A DNA stretch of 62,649 bases, the filler included, from Basidiobolus ranarum (taxonomy: Eukaryota): NCBI GenBank assembly GCA_040143965.1. It is 17 parts of 17 records of this genome, joined end to end, with 100 filler letters (N's around TTAATTAATTAA, not from the genome) between each part and the next. Parts side by side here need not be neighbours in the genome. Positions count along the whole stretch, not along the records: positions 11,104 to 14,702 come from JASJQH010002392.1; positions 14,803 to 18,400 come from JASJQH010002393.1; positions 18,501 to 22,096 come from JASJQH010002394.1; positions 22,197 to 25,791 come from JASJQH010002395.1; 13 more parts are not named here. One strand, 5' to 3'. The notes beneath the pieces were generated by a model. The model searched no databases. It was not told the origin of the DNA and saw only the letters and a program-made list of their open reading frames with translations. Numbering within the stretch: position 1 is the stretch's first letter; each line of letters starts with the position of its first letter. Positions 11,104 to 22,981 of the stretch are shown in pieces. The position numbers and the translations under genes are program-made.

Positions 11104-14100
11104 ATTGCTGAATCAACATTCTTCCAGCTATCTGGCAGATACCCTGCAAAATTGTGCCACTCTGTATTAAGTTCTTCCCAGATATCTGCATGGTAAACAC
11201 CAGACTGAATGTCAAGTTGAATGTTTTGCTTCTGAAGCCACTTTCTGCATACTTACACTATGCTTTTCACTTCATACTTTTGAAAATATGCCTCAAGCAC
11301 TTTGACTATTTTTGTACATCCTTGGAGTATGACACTACTGAGGGTACTTTGTGGTGTTGGTGTGGCTTTTTGCTTGCCTTTAACTCTGGGGAGAATTTCA
11401 GCACTTTGAAAAGTTCCAGTTGGGGTTGGAGAGCCATGAGTTCAACTTGCTGATGTTTTGGCCTGCTGGGACAAGCCAGGTGTTGGTTAAACTTCCAAAT
11501 TTAGCACTCTTCCAAACAGTGTACCTGGTTCCATGGTGAAATTATGCTTTTTTGCCAGTATATATGACTCTGGAAATGCAGATCTTTATAAAGGTGTTAA
11601 GAATTTGGTAAGTGGGACAGTAGAGCCCAAACTCACTGGCTCCTTTGCTTTTTCCTTGGGTTGAGTAACTTCCCCCTCCTTGAGTACTTCTTGAACTGCT
11701 TTTCTTTCTTTTCCAAGTTGATAATTGCATACATTTTTGAGATGTTTCATGAATAGGCCTACACCAGCTCAATTGCCATTTGATTGCAAAAACCCAGGAT
11801 AAGGCTCATGAAATAAATCAAGAACCTTCATAGTAACACCTGGTTTTTGGTTTTTCCATGATTGGCTCAAATCCCGGTGATTTTGGGCAGATTCCATATA
11901 GTTTCTGAAAAGTTAAACCACTCATAATCAGAGCAAGTGATGGCAGCTCTAACATTCAGAGCCTTTTGGTTTGCTGGTTTCCCTATGAGATTTCTAGTTT
12001 CATGTGCCCAAGCATTTTTGGGGCATTGTGTGGGCTTCATGGTATAACACATATTTTGCTCTGCTAGATTGTCATAATGAAGTTTACATGCAAGGTGTGG
12101 GATTGATTGAAATCTTGTATGAGAATGGACAGAGGCAGCATCATGTTGCTGTAGCTGAAGTACTGCATTCTGAAGGTCTTGTATCATTGTTGAGAGACTC
12201 TTTAACTATTGACTAGTTGCTTCCAAATGCTGCATTAATTGCAATATTGCAGCACTATTGCTTGTCATGGCCTGTGTAGCAACTTTGTAGTTGTTACTTA
12301 CGATTGCATACAAATCATTATGGTGTTCTGCCTGCAATTCACTTGTTGTAATAACTCTACCCAAATTTTCTATCAAGGGTTCTTAAATAGTGGGCAAAGT
12401 AGCCATTTTGGAAGTTGATGGTCTTGACAGTGTTTCGGTTGAACTTTGCTCAACTAATGATATACTACAAAATTGAGGTATTACAATCTCCTCACTTGCA
12501 CTATTGCTGGAAAGGAACACATCTGGTAAATCAAAAAATGCTTCATCATTACTTGAGTTAGTTTCCATAACTAATACCTTCCAAAGTGGATAGTAGATTG
12601 CTAGACTGCTCATCAATGAAGTCCTCAGTTCTTGCTGGTTTTATCCTTTTGTGCCATCAGGCTTTGGCTTGGAAGCCAATTTTGATTTAGATTTTGATTG
12701 CTTTTAGAATGGCATTGAAATTTTCAGATGGTAAACTTAGTGTATTGAAATTGCCTAGAAACAGCTTAAAATAAATCAAAACTGCCATCCATTACCATAA
12801 ATATCTTGTAAATCTCAAGATGACTACTCTGTGACACTGCCCAGAGTCAGCTGATGATATTGATGGGCTATACCTAAGATACCACCCTTACATAGGAGGT
12901 GTTCATTTTTCTGCAATATTCTTCTCATGCCACAACACAAATGTTTAAAGAAGCCCTGCTATTATTGTTACAAATTCTTGTGCTATCATAGCGGGAGGCT
13001 TCATAGAAGAAATAATCACAAGCACAGTCACTGTACAAAGTCACCAGCTGCCCAAAGCCTGATGTATAACAACAGTAATTAGTGCACTAAATTGACTTTA
13101 GTTTTGCTAATTCAGTCCACTGACTGTAGTTTGCCTCAAAGTTTTGGTCACACTGCAAAAAGTCAAGATACTGTGGGACTAACACATTTATATGACCAGA
13201 ACAATGTAGGTCAAAATGCAACTTTGGTTGAACCAGTAAGTCCAGACAACTTTGAGGACTTGCTACTAGATGTTGACCTTGGCAATTCCAGTACCAATCG
13301 TAGTGTATCAGCAGTTGAAGATGATAACTATTGGTTTGTTATGGACTCTTTGTTATTGACAAACAATAGTCCACTTATGTCATTTACTGTAAAGGAAGCA
13401 GCTTTGATTGTTGAAGAGTGGAGAGTTCAATCAAATCTTAGCAACCAGGTGTTTGTTGGTTTTCTTACACTTTTACCACAGTTGATTGGCAACTGTTGCT
13501 TGCCACTGACCTGGTACAAGTGTAAACACTTGTCAATTTTATGATTTATGATCCTTCAGTAATTAAACTACATTCATGTCCAAGTAGTTGTTTGGCTTTC
13601 ACTGGTAATCTGAAAAACCTGAAGTCATGCACTGTTTGCACACAATTGGAAATCACTAAATCAGGTAAATATTGCTCATATTTGGCTTACATATTGTTAT
13701 TTCCTTGTCTTGAAGTTTTGATGAAATCACCTATATATAGATCATTGATCTAATACCAGAGTACTCACCACAAAGCTGATGGTTTTACTGATAGAGTTGA
13801 TGGATATCACTACCAGAATCTGAAAAGTCAAGGTTTCTTTGAGAACACAAATGATCATGCATTTGCATTGGCTCCAGATAGTTTCTCACCAAACAAATAT
13901 ATCATTGGAAAGGCTTGCTGGCCAATAGTTTCAATCAATTTAAATGTTCCTCCTTCTGAATGGAATAAGATTCATAATATTTTGATACTATCCATCATAT
14001 CTGCACCTAAATCACCAGTGCTTATAGAGAGCTTCTTGGAGCCTTTGATTGCAGAATTTGAATGGTTATCTCATGGGGTTGAGATGGGTGATAACTTATT

Positions 14101-14702
14101 AAAGCTAATGTCATTGTATGTATTAGCAACACTCCTGCCATTGGTAAACATGGAGGTTTTTGCAGGCACAATGCACTATCTTGCTGTGATTTTGTCAAAT
14201 CAATTGAATTTACTCTAACAGGCATATGCATCACTACTATCCAAATACAACACTAAACACCATGATTTTACCATCAAGAACAGGTCAGATTTCAATATGA
14301 TCACTGATATCTATTCACCAAATAGTCAGTCTAACAACAAATTTGGTATTAGCCATAAGCCAAAGATTAGTGCTTAAAGGGATTAGATGGAGCCAGAGCT
14401 TCCCATTAGGCACTATGTACTAACTATTGAAAAACATTCCAATACTGCTTACTCAGCTATATAGTGGAAAATTCAATATTAATGAGCCATTCAACAAAGG
14501 ATCAAAGTTTGAATTGATTGGCAAAATGCTTAAAAATGTCAAGATACTGTCAAATTTTACCAGGACTCCCATCAATATTGTCTTGTCTACTCAGTATTAT
14601 TGTTTTAGCCATGGGGTAATCTATTCAAGCAATGACACATCTACTTGAGGTAGGACATTTGTTGACTGCAAGTCAGGGATATATTGGCTGAATTCTTTAC
14701 GG
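11104..14702. mobile_element. Degenerate CMC/EnSpm DNA transposon: ORF2 on - (~11104-12600) and Tnp2-family transposase on + (~12900-14702)
   Basis: HSCPSSCLAFTG..CTVC, FALAPDSFSP..ACWPIVSINLNVPPSE..SIISAPKSP..SFLEPLIAEF and FPLGTM motifs; internal deletion near 14580. Confidence 0.85.
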
Positions 14703-14802
14703 NNNNNNNNNNNNNNNNNNNNNNNNNNNNNNNNNNNNNNNNNNNNTTAATTAATTAANNNNNNNNNNNNNNNNNNNNNNNNNNNNNNNNNNNNNNNNNN
14801 NN

Positions 14803-15138
14803 ATAGCAACTCATTATTTAGTAGTTAGTTTATTCATATTCTGATTATTTAGCACTCAATTCTGTCATTCAAAAACGTGTGTTTATTGCTCTAATTGATA
14901 GAAATATCAATTAGATCACTTTTACCAATTTTCACTATTTTCTCAAAACTTCTCCAAATCACTTCAAATTTTCACCCATGCTTAACAGGCATGTTTGTTA
15001 TGATCTAAGCACATCCAATAGTCCTATTTCATAGTAAACTATAAATAGGACATATTCAATTCAATAAAACTTGAGTGTCTAATTCACAAATCCAAATCTT
15101 GTCCAAAACACTTCCAAATCCCCTAAACACTTTGATCA
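14803..15138 (+). mobile_element. Copia LTR family B (5' clipped)
   Basis: Similar along its length to 21145-21495. Confidence 0.85.
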
Positions 15139-15305
15139 AGAGGAAGATCAAAGAAAACACAAATATAGGGGTAGGAATACAGTAAGAAAATGGGGAAAAA
15201 AGGACTGGTAGAGCAACCATAAGAAAATTGTTGCAGTACCAGCAAAATAACATCATAAAACAGTCAGAAAATAGTATGACATGCAAATTTAAATTATTTT
15301 TGTTA

Positions 15306-17251
15306 TGCTTGGTATTAGCCATAAGCTTAATAATATATTGCTAAAGGGTATCATCTAGAGCTAGAGCTTCCCATCATGCACTATGCACTTACTATTCAAC
15401 AACATTCCAATACTAATTACTCAGCTATATAGTGGAAAATTCAATATGTATGAGCCATTCAAGATAGGATCAAAGTTTGAATCAATTGGGAAACTGCTTG
15501 AAAATGTCAAGATTGTTGAAGTTTATTGCCGTTATCATATTTGTTATCTCTATCTTTATACGCCTAAATAATTCATATATCACATATAAGTTAGTTAACA
15601 TTACTTAGTCAAATATCACTTAACTGAAAATCAGAACATATATTATATACATATGTGAATAATGTGAGAATCAGCAATTCCATGTTAGAAATTTCAAACC
15701 TATCCAAATTTCCCCAAATATAGCTCATTTTCCTCCCACAGGCTTTCTGAATACAACCTCAGTGTTAGTTATATATATTTCCACCAAAATGAATAAGTGC
15801 TTTATTTTTGGACTATAAATAATTATCTCATAAAGCTATTCACAACTCCACTTTTCTAAAGTTCCTCCAAACAGCCAGTATTTTCCTAATAAAGTTACTA
15901 TCATATCTTACCAGGACTCCCATCAATATCCACTCATCTAGGCATTTATTCAAATGCTAACACTGGAAGTATAGAATTTGTGTATATTCAAGTGGAATCT
16001 TGAAAAAATTTCTGCCTGATAAGTATTCAAACATTTGGAGTTGTTTATGGATATTGTTAATATATTTTTATGGCATTAACTCACATTGGAGGATCTCAGG
16101 CAGGTACAGTGACTATGCAATGATTTTGTAATTGAATATGAAAAACTTTATTACAGGTTTACAGAAAATAGACTGAATCTATGCCAGTATTAAATACATT
16201 CCCTGCTGCATCTTTCACAATGCTTAGAGATTATAGGCCCTTACTATACATTCTGGGAGTTTCCAATGAAGCACACCTATGGTGAAATGATGCACTGTAT
16301 GAAATTGTCAGTATTACCATATGCTAATCTGATTAACAATGTATCTGTGAAATTGGTAATGGATGTAATATGATGGGTTAAGGAGACTCCAGAGTATATT
16401 AACCTTCCAACAAAGGGCTCTTTTCAATGTGCTCATGGGTTTTCACATTGTTTGAGCACAACAACAGCAACAAAGCCCAATCCATGGACACAGAGTAAGT
16501 ATCTTTATAATTGGACTAATTTGCTTGTGTGATAATCTGATAGTATTTTTAGGAAAGCTGCAAGACAGACTTCTTGGTGAGATAGATGGAGATATGCAAT
16601 ATTATTGTTTTAGCCATGGGGTAATCTATTCAAGCAATGACACATCTACTTGTGGCAGGACATTTGTTGACTGCAAGTTGGGGATATATTGGCTGAATTC
16701 TTTACGGAAATTTGCCAAAATCCAAGAGCTTATTCTCATTGTGAATGGTAACAAGAGTCAGCTATTTGCCAAGTGTCAGTGCTATTCAAAATTTCAGATG
16801 TTTAGCAATTTTTTCACCATTAGTTTGCTGGTAAAGCATATTGATGATGTCGAGTTATGTCTAATCAGTCAAATATATGCATATGTACAGACTAAACATA
16901 ACAAGATTCTTGTATTTTTTGATTCTTATTATGGCTGGAATACAAAGCCTAAGATATCTAAATAAAGGCATGCATATTAATTTGAATTCATACAGCAGTA
17001 AACCCAGTAATTTGCATTTTTAAAATTAAATTTTTGCAAAAATTGCTGGATATTGAATAACGCATGCCAAATTTGAGGATCAATATTTTAACATGTATGA
17101 ATACCATTAAGATACAAGCAAGAAACCATTGTTACATCATCAAAATCCCAAGCAGAATGCAAGCCAACAATATTGTGACAGTTCTCTGACAGTTTTGCTA
17201 TTTTGCAGGGTGGATCCAATCTGGATCAAATTGATTTTATTTTTGTTAGGG
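15306..17251 (+). mobile_element. EnSpm-type element 3' half with right terminus (...TTTTGTTAGGG)
   Basis: MHLLFNNIP, IHSLLH..GP...WEFPM; colinear with 59077-60791. Confidence 0.88.
15514..15891 (+). mobile_element. Solo LTR family C inserted in the EnSpm transposase
   Basis: Starts TGTTGAAG, ends TAATA, flanked by AAGAT/AAGTT (degenerate 5-bp TSD). The copy near 59430 has the empty site GTCAAGATACCATC. A fragment of the same LTR lies at 21721-21807 (-). Confidence 0.8.
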
Positions 17252-17756
17252 GGAACAACAACAAGAGGCTAGAAGGCAGGAGAGTACTTGGGTGTAGATC
17301 ACAAGATAAGACAAGGGAGGACTGGACAAGGAAAATACTTTGCAAGAATCTTTATTGATAACTGGCATTGATCAGACTGTGGTCTAATCAAGGAATACAT
17401 TGAGCTTATATAGATATTGCAGGGTGAAACATATTATACTGAGTAGGGAATATACTGTGGCAAGTTCAAGTGTTGGCCTGTTGGGGACTACAAGGACCAA
17501 TAAAAAGAGGGATGATGTAAGGATGATCAGGTGACCTTCCATGGAAGTTCTTGGCGGAAATACACTATGTGTTGGATCACTTGATTGGTTAGGTTTCATG
17601 GAATGTTCCAAAAATCATGACTTCCATACAAGGTAATCTGGATGAACTAATACAAGATTGCCAAGAAAGGATGGCATAGCAGATAAGATGTCATAATCTA
17701 ATAATAGAAGAGTTCTATTTGTAGCGGATCAGTATGCCAAGATCAGAATCATGACA
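17252..17756 (-). mobile_element. Ty3/gypsy LTR (truncated), same family as 50604-51131
   Basis: Begins TGTCATGATTCTGATC on the minus strand; high similarity to the sequence after the PPT at 50604. Confidence 0.8.
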
Positions 17757-18400
17757 GATAGTATCAAAATATTATGACTCTGATACTGTTCAGAAGGAGG
17801 AAGATTTAAGTTGATTAAAATTATTGGCCAGCAAGCCTTTCTAACCATATAGTTGTTTAGTGAGAAACCATCCAGAGCCAATGCAAATGCATGATCATAC
17901 ATGTTCTCAAAGAAACCTTGACTTTTCAGATTCTGGTAGTGATATCCATCAAGTATATTGGTAATACCATCAGCTTTATGGTGAGTACTTGGTAAAGGAT
18001 CAATGATCTATATTTGGATGATTTCATCAAAACTTTAAGATGGAAAATTAATGGTATGTAAGCCAAATATGAACAACATATACCTGATTCCCTGATTGCT
18101 AATTGTGTGCAAACAGTATATGACTTCAGGTTTTTCAGATCACTGGTGAAAGCCAAACAACAATTTGGACATGAAGTTAGTTTAATTACTGAAGGATTAT
18201 TAGTCATACAATTCACAAGTGTTTTCCACTTGTACCAGGTCTGTGGCAAGCAACAGTTGCCAATCAACTGTGTTAAAGTGTAAGAAAATCAATAAACACC
18301 TGGTTGCTAAGATTGGATTGAACTCTCCACTCCTCAATAATCAAAGCTGCTTCCTTTACTGTAAGTGTTATGAGTGGACTAATGTTTGCCAATAACAAAG
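17757..18400 (-). mobile_element. EnSpm transposase fragment
   Basis: SCPNCCLAFT..YIPLI..ALDGFS..WPIILINLNLPPSE. Confidence 0.85.
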
Positions 18401-18500
18401 NNNNNNNNNNNNNNNNNNNNNNNNNNNNNNNNNNNNNNNNNNNNTTAATTAATTAANNNNNNNNNNNNNNNNNNNNNNNNNNNNNNNNNNNNNNNNNNNN

Positions 18501-19315
18501 GGTATCAAACAGTCTGTAGGCCTTGGATCCATCACAGTAACCAAGAAATATGCATTTTCTGCTTTTGGGTTCCAATTTTAAGCGTTTTTGAGCTGGAATT
18601 AGGCAATATGCCATGCAACCAAAGATCCTGAGATGATCCACACTTGATTTTGATCCATATAGGGCTTCAAATGGAGTAGAATTTTGTAGCAATCTTGTTA
18701 GGCATCTGTTTTTGATATAGACTGCAGTGGAGACAGATTCAGCCCAATATTGGTAATCTAACTTTTGAACAGTAACTGTGATTTTGTCATCTCCAGTATG
18801 GTCCAATTAGCATGTTCTGCAACTCCATTTTGATGTGGAGTATAAGGTACAGTAGTTTGTTGCTGAATTGCATGTTTAGAACAGAAACTGGTAAAGTTCT
18901 TTAGAGCAGTATTCTCCACCATTATCACTCCTTAGTCCCCGTATTTTTTACGCTGATTCTTTCTTTACCATTGCTTTGTAAAGCTTGAACCTTGCTAAAG
19001 CTTGAGATTTTGATTTCAGAAAGAATCCCAAAGTTTATTTTGTTTTGTCATCAACAAAATGCTTAAAGTACATTTTCCCACCTAGTGAGATGTTTCTCAT
19101 GGGCCCATATAGGTCAGAATGAATGAGGGCAAAATTTTGAGTGGATGTGATCTCTCCAGAGCATGAAAATTGCTGTCAGTGATGTTTTCATTTTATGCAA
19201 TCTTCACACAGATCCAATTTAGTGATATATTTTATTTCTAAGCTTGAAACAAGCTGATTTCTGATCATTTGGGTCAGTTTTTATTCCCCAATGTGGCCTG
19301 AACTTCTATACCATG
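18501..19315 (-). mobile_element. Ty1/copia integrase remnant
   Basis: IHSDLYGPM, RSDNGGEYCS, TVPYTPHQNGVAE, YWAESVSTAVYIKNR, LRIFGCMAY, KLEPKSRKCIFLGY. Confidence 0.9.
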
Positions 19316-19319
19316 TTTT

Positions 19320-21495
19320 CTTCAAATTTGGTAAAAAGCAACTCATTATTTAGTAGTTGATTTATTCATATTCTGACTATTTAGCACTCACTTCTGTCAT
19401 TCAAATACATGTGAATATTGCTATAATCGGTAGAAATATCAATTAGATCACCTTTACCAATTCTCACTATTTTCTTAAAACTTCTCCAAATCACCTCAAA
19501 TTTTCACCCATTCTTAACAGGCATGTTTGTTATGATATAAGCATGTCCAATAGTCTTATTTCATAGTAAACTATACATAGGACATTTTCAATTCAATAAC
19601 AGTGTCTAATACACAAGTAAAAATCTTGTTCAAAACACTTCCAAATCCCCTAAATACTTTCATCAGGTTCTGAGTCCCAAGCTGGCTGTGAACCCAAAGG
19701 TTGTAAATGGGTCTACAAAGTCAAAAACCAAGCTGATGGAATCATGAAAAGGTACAAAGCAAGAATAGTTGTCAAAGGCAATTCCCAAACTCCAAGAGTT
19801 GATTTTGATGAAATATTTGCCCCAGTAGCTATGTTTAGCTCTATTGGATTAATCCTGGCACTCTCAGCCATCCATAACCTGGATGTACATCAAATGGAGG
19901 TAAAAACAGCCTTTTTGAGTGAAAATCTAGAAGAAGAGATCTATATGTAGCAACCAGATGGATTTGTTGACCCAAAACACCTTGATATAATTTGTAAGCT
20001 GCCAAAATCACTATATGGACTCAAGCAAGCACTCATGGCATAGTACAACAAGATAGATACCTATTTGGACACACTAGAATTCCAAAAATGCAAGGCAGAT
20101 CACAGTGTTTACATCAAAACAACTAGAAATAGGATACTTATCTTCACAATCTATGTGGATGACTTAATCATAGCCACAAATGATCTAGAAGCACTTTATC
20201 ACACAAAAAGCAGCTTAGCAATCCAATTCCACATGACTGATATGGGTGAATTAAGCTAGTTTCTTGGAGTCCAAATCAAGGGAGATAATTGCAATTGGAA
20301 AATCATGCCAACTCAGTCTAGGTACATCCTATATATTTTAAAATGCTTCAACATGGAGAATAGCAAGCCGGTATCAATACTAATGGATCCCAATGTAAAG
20401 TTAATCAAAATTTCTTCTGATTTGACCCAATTGACTCAAATCAAAGCCAGGAGTTCCCTTATCAATCCATGGTAGTTAGTTTAATGTATACCATGGTTTA
20501 AACATGTCCAGACATTGCTGTGGCAGTGCAAACTGTCATCCAATAGCTCAAAAATGCAGGATCTGGGTACAAGCTGCAGTAAAACAAATATTCAGGTATT
20601 TGGGTGGAACAACAGATCTAGTTCTGGAATACTCTACCACTCTTGATGCACACAACTTTGAAGGCCACAATGATGCAGACTGGGGAAGAAACCTTGATGA
20701 TAGAAGATCAACAACTGGGTACACTTTTCTCATTGGTGATGGAGCCATAACTTGGAATAGTAAGAAGCAACCAATAGTAGCACTTTCCACTACAGAAGCA
20801 GAGTATCAAACTGCCTCTGCCACTATACAAGAAGCTATGTGGGTGAGGAAGTTATTTGTAGACTTAGGATACATACAAAATCATGCTGTTACTGTATTTG
20901 AAGATAATCAAAATTGTATTTCATTATTGCAGGACCAAACATTTCATGCTAGAACAAAACATATATATATTTGGCATCTATTTGTTAGAGAAGCAATAGG
21001 GAATGATATAATTGAATTTATCTATTGCCCTACTGAAGAAATGATTGCTGACATGTTAATCAAACCTTTAGCTAAAGCACAATCTGAGTTATTAAGATGT
21101 AAGTTAGGTTTAAGAGAAATACAAAATAATTAGTTGAGTGAATATGTTGAAATTAGTTAAATAGCAACTCGTTACTTAGTAGTCAGTTTATTCATATTCT
21201 TAATATTTAGCACTCATTTCTGTCATTCAAAATGTGTGTTCATTGCTCTAATTGATAGAAATATCAATTAGATCACTTTTACCAATTTTAACTATTTTCT
21301 CCAAACCTCTCTAAATCACCTCAAATTTTCACCCATGCTTAACAGGCATGTTTGTTATGATCTAAGTGTATTAAATAGTCTTAATTCATAGTAAACTATA
21401 AATGGGATATATTTAACTTAATAAAACTTCAGTGTCTAATTCACAAATCCAAATCTTGTCCAAAACACTTCCAAATCCCCTAAACACTTTTATCA
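19320..21495 (+). mobile_element. Ty1/copia family B element with two LTRs (~19320-19665, 21145-21495), RT-RNase H only; gag/PR/IN absent
   Basis: GCKWVYK, RYKARIVVKG, HQMEVKTAFL, IYVDD, DADWG..DRRSTTGY, SKKQPIVALSTTEAEY, MIADMLIKPL. Confidence 0.9.
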
Positions 21496-21807
21496 CATTT
21501 GACAGCTTATTTCACCGGTTTTGGCAAAGTTTGCATGCTCAGAATGCAATTTATTGATTTCTAGCTTGTATACATTTTGAGTTTTGATCCCAGTGGCTAA
21601 TTTGGTGTTATTCTGATCTGTAATAGTGCATCCAGCCTTGCTAAACACAAATTTAGTCCTTGAGTTGTTGCTTGGCTCACTGAGAGCGGATTCTTAGCTA
21701 CATTTGGTACATAGTGTACATGTTAAATAACTTATATGTGATATATGAAATAGTTAGGTGTATGAAGATAGAGATAATAAATATGACAAAGACAATAAAC
21801 TTCAACA

Positions 21808-22096
21808 TGATTAACATAACCACTGAAGAACTTCTAACCAATAGGATAGCCAAAATTGACAGGCACCATGTCAATGTAGAAAAAGCTGAAGAAGAACTGA
21901 AGAAAGGCAGAAATGCTAACAAGGACTACTTTAGCAAAAGCCATCCCCTCCATCCAAAGCGCCTACAAGTAGATGACCTTGTCCTGGAATATGTATCCAC
22001 TCTGGACAAACAATGGAGTAGGAAGTTTGACAACCAATGGAGAGGCCCATACAAAATTGTTAAAGTTGTAGGTAATGGAAGCTATTACACAGCAGA
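21808..22096 (+). mobile_element. Ty3/gypsy integrase C-terminal (GPY) remnant, second family
   Basis: LQVDDLVL....KFDNQWRGPYKIVKVVGNGSY. Confidence 0.75.
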
Positions 22097-22196
22097 NNNN
22101 NNNNNNNNNNNNNNNNNNNNNNNNNNNNNNNNNNNNNNNNTTAATTAATTAANNNNNNNNNNNNNNNNNNNNNNNNNNNNNNNNNNNNNNNNNNNN

Positions 22197-22346
22197 CTAT
22201 TAATTTCTCATTTGATAAAGTATTCAAAAATCAAAGCAGCAAAATTTGACTCTATCCAGCAAGCTCTGCTAAAATCAATTTCAATTACAATGACACTAAT
22301 ATCATGAGTCAAGGTTCAACAGATACTAGCAAAATACAACAAGTTC
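22197..22346. mobile_element. Degenerate MITE copy
   Basis: Diverged match to 7430-7579 (GATAAAGTATTC..GCAGCAAAATTTG..TCAATTTCAAT..ACAAGTTC). Confidence 0.6.
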
Positions 22347-22599
22347 AATATAACAGAACCATCACAAATCTAGTCCCTCTGAGGTAAGCAATCTAATTAC
22401 CATCATACAATGGCAAGTTAAATGCATCATTAATCTAATTTTACATCTTGCAAGCTGTTATTTTCCAATATTAAAACACAGCTCCTCATCATTGGCTTCA
22501 GTAATGGACAACTCAAGATCAAGTAAAGTTTGAAAAATACAAGTCCAATTTTGCTCAGTTAGTATTAACTGCCTAATTTTGTGCTTTGAAATGGCCGGT

Positions 22600-22920
22600 T
22601 TCTATCCTGGTTTCTACTGAATACTTTAATAAGTTGCTTCATAACACATATTTGGTCCATATCCAACACAACTTCTCATCAGCAAAGTCTTCAAGCCCCA
22701 CAGTTGCAAAAACATTGAAATGCATATATTTTTCCAGCTTTCAAGCGGGTATCTTGCAACCTGATACCACTTTCCTGTAAATTATTCCCAGATGTCTGCA
22801 CTATGAGCTCTGGAAGTAATATCAAGTTATATATGATGCTCAAGAATCTACTCATAGCATTTATTGTGCTGCATGTTCCTTTCAAGCTTTTTTAATTTTC
22901 TCTGTTTCTCTTATGCCCTT
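22600..22920 (-). mobile_element. Remnant of a divergent homologue of the EnSpm ORF2
   Basis: CYE*ILEHHI*LDITSRAHSADIWE*FTGKWYQVARYPLESWKN aligns with CRKWLQKKNIKLDIQSGVDRADIWEELNTEWHNIAGYPPDSWKN. Confidence 0.7.
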
Positions 22921-22981
22921 CTAGTTTGACTGAGAGTGTTTCAGCTGTTCTTTGCCAGCTTTTAAGCTTACTAGTGACTTC

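Noticed and set aside
17384-17611. Recurrent MEHSMKPNQS ORF (also 60713-60967 and ~50750)
   Set aside because: It lies inside the gypsy LTR and its frame is not preserved among copies.
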